Assembly: GCA_050287085.1 (NCBI GenBank)
Contig: JBNKBE010000015.1
Coordinates: 109,030 to 173,029, forward strand
DNA: 64,000 nt
Reading direction: 5' to 3'
Source of the DNA: Polyangiaceae bacterium
GTDB lineage: Bacteria; Myxococcota_A; Polyangia; Polyangiales; Polyangiaceae
Both the position numbers and the translations under genes were made by a program. The notes under the pieces were generated by a model. The model saw only the letters and a program-made list of their open reading frames with translations, ran no database searches and was not told the origin of the DNA. Shown piece after piece: positions 41,188 to 52,374 of this stretch. Each line of letters opens with the position of its first letter. Position 1 is the first letter of the stretch.

Positions 41188-43038
41188 TTACTTCGACTCC
41201 AAAACAAAAGGCAGTGATGTGACAACCGTTTCCGGGCCTGCCAGCGGGGAGAAGCTCGCGAGAAAGGCCCGTTGCGCAGGAGAAAGCAGCTGGAGGAGGC
41301 TTGGTCGAACTGCCAGGCGGCGCAGCAACGCCCCCTCGGCTTGTCCGTCTGCCCCCTCATCGTCGCGCAATCCGAAGAGCTCGAGCAGAGACGGCACCGT
41401 GCTAAACACCCTTGCCGGCACGTCCGGGGGCAAACTCGCCAGGCTGCGTGCGCGCTCGATGGCCAGCTCAAGGCCCCCGAGGTGATCGACCAGACCGTTC
41501 TCACGGCCTTGGGCTCCAGACCAGACACGCCCTTCGGCCACCACTCGGACGTCGTCTGGGGTCATCTTGCGCCCCATCGCAACGCGCTCAAGAAAGAGCT
41601 CGTAGGTCGTTGCCATATGCTGCCGCACCCGCTCACGGGTGCCTTCGTCCCAGGGCGTCAGCAGGCTGCCGTAGGTTGCACGCTCGGCGGCCCCGGGTGC
41701 CTCGCTGGCCGCAAAGGTATGGACGCTGATCCCGAGATCAGCCAGGGCTTCGCTAAAAGTGAACTTTCCGCCGACCACCCCGATGGAACCGATCAGACTC
41801 GTGGCCTCGGACACTACTTCGGAGCCGGCGCAGGCGAGATAATACCCCCCGCTGGCCGCCACGCTACCAAGCGACGCCACCACCGGCTTCTCACCGCGCA
41901 AGCGCAAGATCTCATGCCACAGCAGATCGCTAGCAAGCGCCGAGCCGCCAGGTGATTCGATGCGCAATACTACGGCCCGCACCGAGTCGTCCTCGCGCAA
42001 ACGGGTCAGGGTGCGTCGCAGCTCACCGAGAAAGATCCCGCCGTCGCCCAAGGGGCTGGACTCGCCCATGGCGATCGCGCCCTGCACGGGGAGCACGGCG
42101 ATATGCGGCTCGGTCGTTTCCTCATCGTCACCGAGCAGCAGATGAACGAGCATGGAAAGATCACCCGCCGACTCCTGCTGGCCAAGCGCTTGACTCGGCG
42201 AGACAAAGCGATCGAGTGATAGGCGCTCAGTGAGCGCGGCTCGCGCCTCCGATTCGTAGCCCACCTGCTCAACGAGCCCAAGGGAGCGAGCCGCCTGGGC
42301 GTCATAGGGGCCGAGCTCGATAGTCTGAGCCAGTTCTGGCTTGTTCTTGGCTGTGACAATGCCATCGCGCCAATGAGCGCGCTGCGACGCAAGCAATGCG
42401 CGCATACTCTCGATGGCGGGCTCACTAGGACCGCTTCGGGTGAACATCTCGCCTGCGCTCTTGTATTCGCCGACGTGAAGGAACTCTGCTGAAACATCGA
42501 TCCGTTCCAGCAGTCCGGCGAGATAGACAGCCTGGCCTGCTATGCCGATAGCGTCTACCCCTCCTGCGGGGCTGAGCCACGTCTCGTCGCAAGCCCTTGC
42601 CGCGAGCCAGAGCGTGCCGTTATCGAGGCCATCAGCATGGCAATACACCGGGATACCTGCACCCCGCGCCTGCTGAAAGAGGCGCCCCAACTCCTCGATC
42701 TGCGCAAATGCCAAGTGCGTCGAGCCAAAGCGCAGAAAGATCCCCCGGGTGCTGTCCTGCGCCATCACGGCTTGAGCCGCAAGCACCGTTCCCGAAAAAC
42801 TCGGCGCGTGCTCAGACAACGTGATGCCAGCGCCTCCGGGTTGCTCAGGAGCCGCCCGCGCTAGGTCAAAGACCACAACCTGCGCGTTGCTGCCAAAGGG
42901 AAAGGGCTTCTTCTTCTCGCTGCGGAGCGAATCGCAGCTACAACGGCAAGACGCGAGGGCCATCAAGACGCAAACAAAGTGCAAGCCCGAAGGGGCCATG
43001 CGGCGCACAATGGCCGCGAGAGATGGCAAGGTCTTCAT
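41188..43038 (-). CDS. sppA: Signal peptide peptidase SppA (67-kDa type)
   Basis: GEYKSAGE, LRIESPGGSALAS, AASGGYY, GSIGV, AEGRVWSG. Confidence 0.92.
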   Translation of the reverse strand: MKTLPSLAAIVRRMAPSGLHFVCVLMALASCRCSCDSLRSEKKKPFPFGSNAQVVVFDLARAAPEQPGGAGITLSEHAPSFSGTVLAAQAVMAQDSTRGIFLRFGSTHLAFAQIEELGRLFQQARGAGIPVYCHADGLDNGTLWLAARACDETWLSPAGGVDAIGIAGQAVYLAGLLERIDVSAEFLHVGEYKSAGEMFTRSGPSEPAIESMRALLASQRAHWRDGIVTAKNKPELAQTIELGPYDAQAARSLGLVEQVGYESEARAALTERLSLDRFVSPSQALGQQESAGDLSMLVHLLLGDDEETTEPHIAVLPVQGAIAMGESSPLGDGGIFLGELRRTLTRLREDDSVRAVVLRIESPGGSALASDLLWHEILRLRGEKPVVASLGSVAASGGYYLACAGSEVVSEATSLIGSIGVVGGKFTFSEALADLGISVHTFAASEAPGAAERATYGSLLTPWDEGTRERVRQHMATTYELFLERVAMGRKMTPDDVRVVAEGRVWSGAQGRENGLVDHLGGLELAIERARSLASLPPDVPARVFSTVPSLLELFGLRDDEGADGQAEGALLRRLAVRPSLLQLLSPAQRAFLASFSPLAGPETVVTSLPFVLESK

Positions 43039-43084
43039 CAGCGGTCTTCAGCCCCAGCAGACAGTGTATTGAACTGGACCGACC

Positions 43085-45622
43085 TCATGGCAAGTCCGAA
43101 TCGTCCGGCGAAGGCGGGGGTCCGGGACGGGGTCCCGGCGGCGCCGCGCGCGGTGGTTCGAGGGATGGTTGGGACTCGACCTCAGGGGCTGGCGGGGCCT
43201 GAGCGGAAGGGTTCGCTTCGCCCTCTTCGACCGGCTCGGGCTCGTCAGCTCCAGGCTCCTGCTCTCCCGTTGAGCTCGCCGTGGAGTCATCCTTTCCGAC
43301 GCTGCCGGGCGACTCTTCCGCGCCAGCTCCACGCTCGGTAGCCGGCCTATCCCCCGCCGCTGGCGACGCGGCTCCCTCGAATTCCGCGACTCGCTCCTTT
43401 TCCTGCGCGGTCGCGGCGCCCTCGGCGATCAGCTGCCGGTAGAGCTTGACTGCCTCTGAGCGGTGACCCTGACTCCATGCAATATCGGCATACCCATGCT
43501 GTGCTGGGGCATAGTTGCCCTGCATCCGCAACACGGCCCCAAAGTGGCTCCGCGCCTCTGCCATGGAGCCGAGCGCGCGCGCTGCCTGACCGAGGCCCGT
43601 GAGCGCTTCTAGATCTCTCGGATTGCTCTGCACCGCCGCCTGAAAATAGCGGCGCGCCGTCGGCCAATCGCCGGCCTGCCGCGCTTCGCGCGCCAGCTCC
43701 AGCGCCGAACGCGTTGCCGCCGCACCTCGCGCTGGCGAAGGTGCCTCTTTTGCGCTTGGACTGGACTCGATCGCATCCGCTGGGCCTTGCGAAGCTTCAC
43801 CCGGGAGCTGCTTCAGCCAAAGCGACAGCTCGGACGCCATCGGATGCGCGGGAGGCGTCGCAAGTTGGGCCGCCAGCAGATTGGCCTCGGACATCTCCCC
43901 CAGACGCTGCAGCGCCACCACCAGCGCGGGAGCGGCGCGCCCCAACTTACCTTCCGCCGCCATCGCTGCGCGCAGGCGCCGAACAACGAGCTGGAAGTCA
44001 GGAGCCCCGTCGGCCATGTCCAGCGCAGCCAGGGAGTAGTCGTGCTCCGACTCGGCAACGGCCCCGACGTTGGCGAGTGCGGCGCGGGCCTCCGGAATCT
44101 TGCCCGCCATGCGCAGGCTATCCACCTCCACGGCGGCGCGCTTGCCGCGGGGTACCTCGGCGCCACTCGCCGCGCCCATCACCTCTGCCAACGCGCCAAG
44201 TCGGCGCTCGAGTTCTGTCTGAGCCCGTTTCCAAAGCGGTCCGTCCTGCTCCGGCAGCAGCTGAGTCCGCAGCCACTCGCGCTCCGCTAGCAGCAGGGCT
44301 ACGTCGAGCTGCGCCTCAGCCACCAGCGGATGACCTTCCGCGAGGCCGCTCGCCCGATCGAATTGCGCCTTGGCCGCCTCCAACTCCCCCTCATGAAGCT
44401 GCTCCCGCCCCTGCCGGAGATACTCGGCGAGGCGCCGGTCCGTCACCGACTCTGTTTCGCGCGAAGCGAATTGGGTCAAGTAACTGCGCCCCAGCGTGAC
44501 GCCCACGAGCACAAGTGCTCCCAACAATAACAGCCCCACGACCCACCGGAACCCACCGCTTCTGGGCGGAGGAATCGACGACGGGATCATCCGGCTGCTG
44601 AGCGCCTCGTAAGAACTGTCCTGGGACGCTACCTCCTCGCTGCCCCACAACCTCCCTTCCGCTGCACTCAAGGACGGCGCCGGCACCACCGGCGTCGGGC
44701 GGATCTCGAGGGGCGGAGATGAGAGCGGACCAAAGGCTGAAGACGAGGCTCCCGATGCCGCGCGCTCCTCTGGCACGTGCATCAGAGGCGGGGGCGCAGG
44801 CGCGGGAAGCAATGGCGCAGGCGCCGCAGGCGCAGAGCCGCGGCGCCTACCACGACGCTGAAGCCCCCCGCTCTCCGCGGCCGCAGCCGTGGCACCGCCC
44901 GAGGCCGCTTGCGCCGCGCCGGTCCGCGCTAAGCCACCCTCCGAACCAGAGCCACTCCGCTCCGAACCGGACGCACTCCAGTGCGAACCCGATGCACTCC
45001 GCTCTTTCGGCAAAGGTGGCGGCGCCAGGTCCGGCGTAATGCGATCCAGCAGGTCGGCGCTGAACAACTCCGCCCGATGGTCTGGACGCGGACGCGCGCT
45101 AATACGTGCTGGCGTCCGAGGCCCAGCCCCTGAAGTCGGCGCCGAAACCGTTCGCTCGGCGCGTGTGCTCCGGGGCGGTGGCGGCTCAGCGTGCCGCTCC
45201 GGCGACGAAAGCGGAACCACGTCCGATGCCGGGCGCGGCATCCTACCAGCACTGTCGCCCGCAACCGCGGTCAGCACTTCCCCTCGCCCGGGCTGTAACG
45301 AAGCCCGTCCGAAGAATGAACTCAACTCCTCAACGTCACCCAAGCGGCGAAACCGCCGCCCATCGCGCGAAAAGTGATCAGCGGGCTGAACGTGCCCACC
45401 CCCTATTGCCAACTGCAAGTCCCGCAAGCTCGAGAACGTTAGCTTGGTGCCATCCGCCTTGTGGACATACCAGCGATCGTCCTGGGCTGGCCCCAAGGGC
45501 CCGAGCGCCCGCACTCGGAACTGATGACCGCAGTGAGTGCATTTCACCGTCGTGCCACGCCGAGACACGAGTGCGTCGTCAAACTCGTACTGGGCCGAGC
45601 ATCGATTGCAGACTACGTTCAC
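43085..45622 (-). CDS. Zinc-ribbon (MJ0042-type) single-pass membrane protein with C-terminal TPRs
   Basis: CNRC...VKCTHC, Pro/Ser-rich linker, one TM segment, TPR repeats; GTG start inferred. Confidence 0.8.
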   Translation of the reverse strand: MNVVCNRCSAQYEFDDALVSRRGTTVKCTHCGHQFRVRALGPLGPAQDDRWYVHKADGTKLTFSSLRDLQLAIGGGHVQPADHFSRDGRRFRRLGDVEELSSFFGRASLQPGRGEVLTAVAGDSAGRMPRPASDVVPLSSPERHAEPPPPRSTRAERTVSAPTSGAGPRTPARISARPRPDHRAELFSADLLDRITPDLAPPPLPKERSASGSHWSASGSERSGSGSEGGLARTGAAQAASGGATAAAAESGGLQRRGRRRGSAPAAPAPLLPAPAPPPLMHVPEERAASGASSSAFGPLSSPPLEIRPTPVVPAPSLSAAEGRLWGSEEVASQDSSYEALSSRMIPSSIPPPRSGGFRWVVGLLLLGALVLVGVTLGRSYLTQFASRETESVTDRRLAEYLRQGREQLHEGELEAAKAQFDRASGLAEGHPLVAEAQLDVALLLAEREWLRTQLLPEQDGPLWKRAQTELERRLGALAEVMGAASGAEVPRGKRAAVEVDSLRMAGKIPEARAALANVGAVAESEHDYSLAALDMADGAPDFQLVVRRLRAAMAAEGKLGRAAPALVVALQRLGEMSEANLLAAQLATPPAHPMASELSLWLKQLPGEASQGPADAIESSPSAKEAPSPARGAAATRSALELAREARQAGDWPTARRYFQAAVQSNPRDLEALTGLGQAARALGSMAEARSHFGAVLRMQGNYAPAQHGYADIAWSQGHRSEAVKLYRQLIAEGAATAQEKERVAEFEGAASPAAGDRPATERGAGAEESPGSVGKDDSTASSTGEQEPGADEPEPVEEGEANPSAQAPPAPEVESQPSLEPPRAAPPGPRPGPPPSPDDSDLP

Positions 45623-45895
45623 TTGGCAACCATACTGCGTTTCGGACTGCTCAAAGTACAGGCAGCACAACGCGACCACGACAATAAACGACCAGCTCGC
45701 GAGAAATCACGCGGGGCAACGGAACGCCAGCATACACGACCCGCCGAACGCATAGGACTTTCACTGCAGGTTAGACGCCACCCCGCGCCCCCAAACAACG
45801 CCCGCCGCCACACCGCTTGCGATACGACTGACCGGTTCAAGGCTCTGCAACACACCGAGGGCCGCTGGCGCCCCCACACAGGCGCCTCCAGGACC

Positions 45896-46513
45896 TCACT
45901 TGACCAGGCGCAGGTGCGGGCGCGCAGCGGGGCGGTTCCCCCCGGAGGTACTGCCACCGGCGCGGGTCTTGTCTCCCGGCAGGGCCACCAAACGCGGCGG
46001 CTGAGAGGCCGGAGTCGAACGCTGGGCGCCGGGGCTCGGCGCCTCGACGCTCTCCTGCTCCTGTTGGCGTTGCGCCAGGGTCAGCGCCTGCTCTCGCGCT
46101 CGACGCTGGGCCTGGCGAGCGCGCTTAGCGTCGACAGCGTCGAGCGAGCGGATGGCCGGAGGCTGTTGCGACTGGGCAGCCACTTCCGAAGGGATGTCAT
46201 CGGGCCAGATCATCCCACGACCGTCTTCACCCACGAGAGCGTAGATAGCGCCCCACGGGACGTGGCAGTAGTGGGGTCTGCGACTGAAACTCAGCGTGCA
46301 GCTGATCCCTTCCTCACCTACGTCGAGGTCCGGAATGTTGACGGCCATATTCAGTCCCACCTGGAGCACCAGCTGCGATTGATTCTTCAGCCAGTTGGGC
46401 ACCATCACGCCCTCCGAGCGCGGGTCCATATGAATGAAGACCGAAGCCCGTTCGAGCAGGGCTAGAGCCACGTCTCTCTTCGGTGGGAGAACGACTGACA
46501 TGGGCCTTTTCAT
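45896..46513 (-). CDS. SspB-like ClpXP adaptor family protein
   Basis: GVMVP, LVLQVG, CTLSFS..VPWGAIYAL, C-terminal RPHLRLVK. Confidence 0.8.
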   Translation of the reverse strand: MKRPMSVVLPPKRDVALALLERASVFIHMDPRSEGVMVPNWLKNQSQLVLQVGLNMAVNIPDLDVGEEGISCTLSFSRRPHYCHVPWGAIYALVGEDGRGMIWPDDIPSEVAAQSQQPPAIRSLDAVDAKRARQAQRRAREQALTLAQRQQEQESVEAPSPGAQRSTPASQPPRLVALPGDKTRAGGSTSGGNRPAARPHLRLVK

Positions 46514-46730
46514 AACTCCATAGCGGGTGATGTGGCCAGGTGATGTGTGGACGGTGCATCTTTCGCGAAGCCCCGCGGCCCAAAAGAGCCCGTTTCTGCT
46601 CGCGGGCGGAAACCCCTATTGACACATTCACCGATTAATCGTTGCGATTCGGCACAGATCTGGCCCTAGCTCCGCCAAGTCCCACCGCTCCCAATGGGAA
46701 CCCAGCGCGCCGAGCTCAAGCATCATCGAC

Positions 46731-47441
46731 ATGTCGGACTCTGCACCCCCTGAAGCACAACCCGCTTTGCCTGAACCGGCTGATACGATCCTAATTGTCG
46801 AAGACGAGCCGGCGTTGGCCGAGTCGGTGGCGTATGCCCTGCGGCGCGCGGGATTTCGAGCGGAGGTCGCCTGCAATCTCCGCTCGGCCCACGACCATCT
46901 CGATTCCGCAGCGCTGGTGTTGCTCGACCTGATGCTTCCCGATGGCAGCGGCATATCGCTGCTTCAAGCGCTGCGACACACGGGTCGAACGCTCCCCGTC
47001 ATCGTCGTCTCCAGTCGGGACGCCGAAGAGGATCGTATCACCGCACTCGAGCTGGGCGCCGACGACTACGTGACCAAGCCGTTTTCTCCGCGAGAGGTCT
47101 TGGCCCGTGTTCGCGCCGTGCTGCGACGGGTCCGAGGCGGCCTCGGCGGCGTTGGACTCTCGCTCAACAGCGAACAACGGCGCGCCCACTACGGCGAGCA
47201 ACTGCTCGCACTGACCCGCGTGGAGTTTGATCTCATCGTGGAGCTCTCCTCCGCCCCCGGGAAGGTCTTCGCTCGCCCCGAGTTGATCGCCAGGATCTGG
47301 GGCGAGAACTTCGCCATCACCGACCGCACCATCGACAGTCATATTAAGTCGCTGCGCCGCAAGTTGGTCGAGGCAGGGGGCTCCGCCGACGCCATCGAGA
47401 CCGTGCGTGGCGTCGGATACCGTCTTAACGTGGGGATTTGA
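46731..47441 (+). CDS. OmpR-family response regulator (CreB-like)
   Basis: VEDE, LDLMLPDG, GADDYVTKPF, RTIDSHIKSLR, TVRGVGY. Confidence 0.92.
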   Translation: MSDSAPPEAQPALPEPADTILIVEDEPALAESVAYALRRAGFRAEVACNLRSAHDHLDSAALVLLDLMLPDGSGISLLQALRHTGRTLPVIVVSSRDAEEDRITALELGADDYVTKPFSPREVLARVRAVLRRVRGGLGGVGLSLNSEQRRAHYGEQLLALTRVEFDLIVELSSAPGKVFARPELIARIWGENFAITDRTIDSHIKSLRRKLVEAGGSADAIETVRGVGYRLNVGI

Positions 47442-47444
47442 GCG

Positions 47445-48833
47445 ATGCTCCGCCTCATCGTTGTTGCAGCTGCGTCCATCGGTTTGATCCTATTGGTCGC
47501 TTTCATTGCGGCACGCGTCGTTCAAAGCCGCCGTCGCGGCCTATCGATCCGCATGCAGGTGTTCATCGCCCTGGGCACCATCATTTTCGCTTTCGCCCTC
47601 GGCCTCGGCCTGATGGTCATCGACCGCATCCAAGCACGCGCAACCCGCTTCGCCGTCGCCGCCACGCAAGAAAAGGCACAGGTGGTCGCAAAGCTGCTTG
47701 GGGGTGAAATCGAACGACACGGGGTATCACTCGTGTCCGTCTCTCGTGCGCTGCCCAAGCGGGCCGCCGAGGACGAGCTGGTCGGCGTCGAACTATTCGG
47801 TCCGGGCCAAGAATTGCTGTTCGCCTCCCCCAACACCACTCCGCGCAAGCCGGGGGACGGATGGGTGACCGCGGAGGCGGCGATCTTCGCCCACGAGCGT
47901 CTGCAGGGACGAGTCCGCGTTGGCAAGGCAACCATCGCAATGGAACAGCTGCTTGCAGACTTCGCTCCGACGGTGCTTGTCATAAGCCTGGTGCTCGGCG
48001 CGGCCGCCGCGCTGGCCGCCGCATGGATCGGACGCACCATCGCCGGACCGATAGAAGCGCTCAGCGCGTTCGCCCAGAATGTGAGCAGCGGCGATGAACG
48101 TCGCGTGCTTCCTCCCGTTCCGTGGGGGAGAGAGGTCACGCGCTTGACCGAGGCCATCGACTCGATGCGCCGCCAGCTGGAGGGGCGTCCTTTTGTCGAA
48201 ACCTTCGCCGCTGACCTATCCCACGAGCTCAAGAACCCTGTCGCCGCCATTCGCGCAAGCTCAGAGATCCTTGCGGAAGGCGCGCTCGACGAGCCGGCGG
48301 AGGCGCGCCGCTTCGTGGCTCGCATCCGGGAGTCCACTGAGCGCATCGAGCGCTTGCTCGCGGAGCTGCTGGGCCTGGCGCGGATCGAAACCCACGGGCT
48401 CGCCGCCACCGAGCGCATTGCGATGGCACCCCTGCTGCAGCGCGTAGCTGAACAGTCCACAACCCCAACTCGCGTCGGCGTGCACATCACCCACGAAGCA
48501 AGTGTGCGCGGCGACCCCCTGTGGATCACGCGCGCGATTGCCAACCTGCTAGACAACGCCTTGCTGCATTCTCCCGCGACCAGCCAGGTCCGCATCTCGA
48601 TGCGGACCGACGGCCCGTTGGTGAAGATCGCCGTCGCGAACGCCGGACGTGTCCCCTCCCACGCCCGCGCCCAGTTGTTTCGCCGCTTCTTCACGACGCG
48701 AGCCGACAAAGGCGGGACCGGCCTCGGCCTACCGATCGTCCGCGCGATAGCGGAAGCGCATCGAGGGAGAATTGAGCTGGCCAAAGCCGGTCCGCCTGAG
48801 GTGTTGTTTGAGCTGACTCTTCCTCGCTACTAG
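47445..48833 (+). CDS. Sensor histidine kinase (CreC-like)
   Basis: TM segments, HAMP, SHELKNP, NLLDNA, GGTGLGL. Confidence 0.92.
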   Translation: MLRLIVVAAASIGLILLVAFIAARVVQSRRRGLSIRMQVFIALGTIIFAFALGLGLMVIDRIQARATRFAVAATQEKAQVVAKLLGGEIERHGVSLVSVSRALPKRAAEDELVGVELFGPGQELLFASPNTTPRKPGDGWVTAEAAIFAHERLQGRVRVGKATIAMEQLLADFAPTVLVISLVLGAAAALAAAWIGRTIAGPIEALSAFAQNVSSGDERRVLPPVPWGREVTRLTEAIDSMRRQLEGRPFVETFAADLSHELKNPVAAIRASSEILAEGALDEPAEARRFVARIRESTERIERLLAELLGLARIETHGLAATERIAMAPLLQRVAEQSTTPTRVGVHITHEASVRGDPLWITRAIANLLDNALLHSPATSQVRISMRTDGPLVKIAVANAGRVPSHARAQLFRRFFTTRADKGGTGLGLPIVRAIAEAHRGRIELAKAGPPEVLFELTLPRY

Positions 48834-48975
48834 CCTCTGGGCCCTACTCTGGGCCCCCTGTGTCAAAGTGATGCACTCTGGTCATCAGGCCGGGAGACCG
48901 CGTTGAGATGGCGATCGCGGCGGATTCCTTGAAACCTCCACAGACACGAGCCCGCTCTGGAGGGAAGGTCGTCTG

Positions 48976-49791
48976 GTGAAGTCAAGTCTCGGAAATCCGC
49001 CTCGTCACGTCGCTATCATCATGGATGGCAACGGACGTTGGGCAGAGCAACGTGGCCTAGCGCGCACCGCCGGACATCGGGCAGGCGCTGATTCGGTGCG
49101 CGAGGTGGTACGAACCTGCCGCGCCGAGGGAGTCCGCTATCTGACGCTCTACGCCTTCAGTGTGGCCAACTGGCATCGTCCGCCGCAGGAGGTCGGTGCG
49201 CTGATGGTGCTGCTGGCTCACTTCGCGCAGCAAGAACGGGACGAGCTAATCGAAAAGGGGATCCGACTCGAAGTCGTCGGAGACGTGTCAGCCCTGCCAG
49301 CCAGCGCGCGACAACCGCTCGAAGACACGATGCGCAGCACCGCACACGGACAAGACATGGTGCTTAGCTTGGCCCTGTCCTACGGCGGGCGTCGTGACAT
49401 GGTCCTCGCCGCAAGAACACTGGCCGAACGCGTGCGTCTGGGGTTGATGAGCGCAGACCAAATCGACGAGACAGCGTTCGCGGAAGCGATGAGCACCCAC
49501 CGACTCCCTCCAGTCGATCTCCTGATTCGCACGGGGGGTGAGTCCCGGATCAGCGACTTTCTCTTGTACGAGTCGGCTTATGCGGAGCTGCTATTCCTGC
49601 CGGTGATGTGGCCTGACTTCGGCGCCTCCGAAATGCGAGCGGCCATCACACACTTCCAAGGACGCGAACGGCGTTTCGGACTGACTTCCGCACAGGTGGC
49701 GCCATGCCCCGTACGTAAGCCGATAACCCCAAGCGACGAGGTCCCCAAAGCTCGAGAGCTGAGCCAACCTAGCTCCGAACGAGCCCCCTAG
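48976..49791 (+). CDS. uppS: Undecaprenyl/isoprenyl diphosphate synthase
   Basis: HVAIIMDGNGRWA, YAFS..NW.RP, DLLIRTGGESRISDFLL. Confidence 0.95.
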   Translation: MKSSLGNPPRHVAIIMDGNGRWAEQRGLARTAGHRAGADSVREVVRTCRAEGVRYLTLYAFSVANWHRPPQEVGALMVLLAHFAQQERDELIEKGIRLEVVGDVSALPASARQPLEDTMRSTAHGQDMVLSLALSYGGRRDMVLAARTLAERVRLGLMSADQIDETAFAEAMSTHRLPPVDLLIRTGGESRISDFLLYESAYAELLFLPVMWPDFGASEMRAAITHFQGRERRFGLTSAQVAPCPVRKPITPSDEVPKARELSQPSSERAP

Positions 49792-49836
49792 GGCTCGCGC
49801 GGGCCTCCGAAGCCAACGTCCGAGGGAGCCACTAAT

Positions 49837-50457
49837 CTAGAAGGAGTATTCCACGGTGTTGATGGATTGCACCTTCTCCTTGTACTCAAGCCCCCTGACA
49901 ACGCCGTCAACGCAGCGTTCGACCTGCTTGTTCGGCGACTGGACATCGGCGCCGACCACGCGCCCGTCCCACACCGCAATCCTCACCTGGAAGTGGTGGT
50001 AGGAGGTCACGTTGCACGCCTTGTAAGTGGCAAGATCTTGAAGCGGCTTGGCCAACACTTCGGCGTCAATCCCGACGAAGTCATAGTCGGAGGGCACGGC
50101 GGCAATAGCCTCGTTGACACTCATTCCTGGCTTGAACTCGGGCGCTCTAGGCGTCTTGATGGGATTGGCTTCGGCGACCTTTTCCGGCGCGACGTCTCGG
50201 TCCCTTCCCGTATCCCAAGACTGATCCGGCGCCTCTTCGGTCGCAGGCGGCTCATCCGGGGGAAAATCGGACGCTGGAGGGCCGCCGCAGCCCGCCAACA
50301 AGAGGCACCCCACAACCCCCGCACTGCCTAGCGCAAGGCGTCCTTCCCCCACACGCCGACGGCGCCCGTCGCTGAGAGCACAGCGGCCCGCGGCAACGGC
50401 CCGTCCGAAATTCCAAGAGCGGTACGTCCGCCTCGCGATATCCATAGCCGCCAGCAT
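49837..50457 (-). CDS. Hypothetical lipoprotein
   Basis: LLAGC lipobox; start probably downstream of 50457. Confidence 0.6.
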   Translation of the reverse strand: MLAAMDIARRTYRSWNFGRAVAAGRCALSDGRRRRVGEGRLALGSAGVVGCLLLAGCGGPPASDFPPDEPPATEEAPDQSWDTGRDRDVAPEKVAEANPIKTPRAPEFKPGMSVNEAIAAVPSDYDFVGIDAEVLAKPLQDLATYKACNVTSYHHFQVRIAVWDGRVVGADVQSPNKQVERCVDGVVRGLEYKEKVQSINTVEYSF

Positions 50458-50589
50458 ACGCCCATCGCCGCAGCTTCGTCCACCCTGGGCAATAGAGTCG
50501 AGCAGCGACGTTTGAGCGCACCTCTGGGCGATGTTGATGGGGCTATTGCCAAGCAGCGCTGGGCTGGTGATTCATCTCGGAGCCGCCGT

Positions 50590-52359
50590 TCACGACGCCA
50601 CGGCGCCCGACTTGCCCGCGATGGGAAGGCCCGCCGAAGCCACGGCGCTGGGAGCCGAAGGGGTCTCCGCCGTCTGCGGGCTCGCCTCCGTACCTGAACG
50701 CGGACCGCCCAAGGTCACCACGGCCCGTTCGATATCCCAGAAGAAGCGCTCGGGTCCAACCAACTCCCACAAGCCCGAGCGTTGCATCACTCGCCGAACC
50801 GGTCCTTTCACGTTAGCAAAGGCCATATCCCGTCCTTCGCCGCGCAGTCGCCTTACGGTGTGCCGGAGTGCGTCTTCGGCAGACGAATCCAGGTCGTTGA
50901 TGCTACTTGCATCGATCAACACCGTGTGAACCCCAGCCGGAGCGTCTCGCAAAAAGGCCTCTAGGCGATCTTTGAAGAACGCCACGTTGGCGAAGTAGAA
51001 CGAAGCGTCCATACGCAATATCAACAAACCTGCAATCGGCTCCGCTTCCGGGTAATTAAGGACGTTCCGATACACATTGGTCCCCGGTAGTCGTCCCAAT
51101 TCAGCTGTATGCGGCTGCGTGCTGCGTTTGATGAATGCCGCAAGGGAGGCCACTACTCCAACGAGGATCCCCTGCCCGATACCGACGCTAAGGGTGATAC
51201 AAAACGTCAAGAGCAGCAGCACGGCGTCGGCTCGACGAACGCGCCAGAGCCGGACGGGCTCGTGCAGGTCTATCAGTCCACTCACCGCCACCAGCACGAT
51301 ACTGGCGAGAATCGCCTTGGGCAGGTGATAGAACCACGAGGTCATGAACAACAAGGCAAGCGCCATCAATCCGGCCGCAATGACACCGGCCAGCGGCGAA
51401 CGGGCGCCCGCTTGGTCGTTGACCGCGCTGCGGGAAAACCCACCCGTCACCGGGTAGCCGCCGGTAACGTAGGCGGCTAGATTGGCCGCGCCCAAACCAA
51501 CCAACTCCCGATTCGAATCGACCTCATAGCCGTGACGCGCAGCGATCGCCTTGGCTACGCTGATCGCCTCCATGAAGCCGATCAGAGCAATCATGAAGGC
51601 CGTTGGAAGCAAGACCTGCAGCGTCTGAACGTCCAGAATCTGCAACGAGAAGGAAGGCAGCCCCGCCGGAACCTCTCCAACGATGGGTAGCCCCTGGGCT
51701 CCGAGCCCAAGACCGGCGGAAACAAGCGTGGAGACGAGCACAACGACCAGCGCCGCCGGCACCTTGGGCAGATAGCGCTTGAGCAGAACCAATCCGAGAA
51801 CGCCAAACACACCCAATGTCAGCGGGAGCGCACGCGCTTCAAGCAAACGTGGAGCGGCTTCAAGAAGAAACGCCTGGATCGTGGGAGTTCTTGGCAGGCC
51901 AACCCCCACGATATGCTTGAGCTGACTTGCACCGATCACGATGGCCGCAGCGGACGTGAAACCGCTGATAACGGGGCGCGATAGGAAGTTAACGAGGAAG
52001 CCGAGCCGCAGCAGGCCCATCAGGACTTGCAACAAGCCTGTCAGTCCCGCCAACACGATCGCCGCTACCCCAAACTCCGGAGAGCCGACGGGGGCCACGA
52101 GCGCAGCCCCGGTGGCAACGAGCAGCGAGTCCATAGCCACAGGGCCGACCGCGAGCTGCCGGGCCGTGCCCACCAAGGCGTAGGCCACGAGGGGCAAAAT
52201 CGATGCGTAGAGCCCCACCACGGGCGGAAGCCCAGCAAGCATGGCGTAAGCCATGCCCTGCGGAACCAGCATGACAAACACGGTGAGCCCCGCAACAATG
52301 TCACCGCGCAGGTCGCGCCTCACATCGTAGTCGGCTCTCCACGGAAGCAGACCAAGCAT
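50590..52359 (-). CDS. SulP-family anion permease with STAS domain
   Basis: PQGMAYA, GPVA, GFTSAAA, TGGFSRSAVN, YFAN, DSSA. Confidence 0.93.
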   Translation of the reverse strand: MLGLLPWRADYDVRRDLRGDIVAGLTVFVMLVPQGMAYAMLAGLPPVVGLYASILPLVAYALVGTARQLAVGPVAMDSLLVATGAALVAPVGSPEFGVAAIVLAGLTGLLQVLMGLLRLGFLVNFLSRPVISGFTSAAAIVIGASQLKHIVGVGLPRTPTIQAFLLEAAPRLLEARALPLTLGVFGVLGLVLLKRYLPKVPAALVVVLVSTLVSAGLGLGAQGLPIVGEVPAGLPSFSLQILDVQTLQVLLPTAFMIALIGFMEAISVAKAIAARHGYEVDSNRELVGLGAANLAAYVTGGYPVTGGFSRSAVNDQAGARSPLAGVIAAGLMALALLFMTSWFYHLPKAILASIVLVAVSGLIDLHEPVRLWRVRRADAVLLLLTFCITLSVGIGQGILVGVVASLAAFIKRSTQPHTAELGRLPGTNVYRNVLNYPEAEPIAGLLILRMDASFYFANVAFFKDRLEAFLRDAPAGVHTVLIDASSINDLDSSAEDALRHTVRRLRGEGRDMAFANVKGPVRRVMQRSGLWELVGPERFFWDIERAVVTLGGPRSGTEASPQTAETPSAPSAVASAGLPIAGKSGAVAS

Positions 52360-52374
52360 CGTGACGTCTCCTTT

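Noticed and set aside
47522..48784. Long antisense ORFs (also 45461-46465, 52027-52995, 30813-31625)
   Set aside because: Shadow frames of well-supported genes, expected in high-GC DNA
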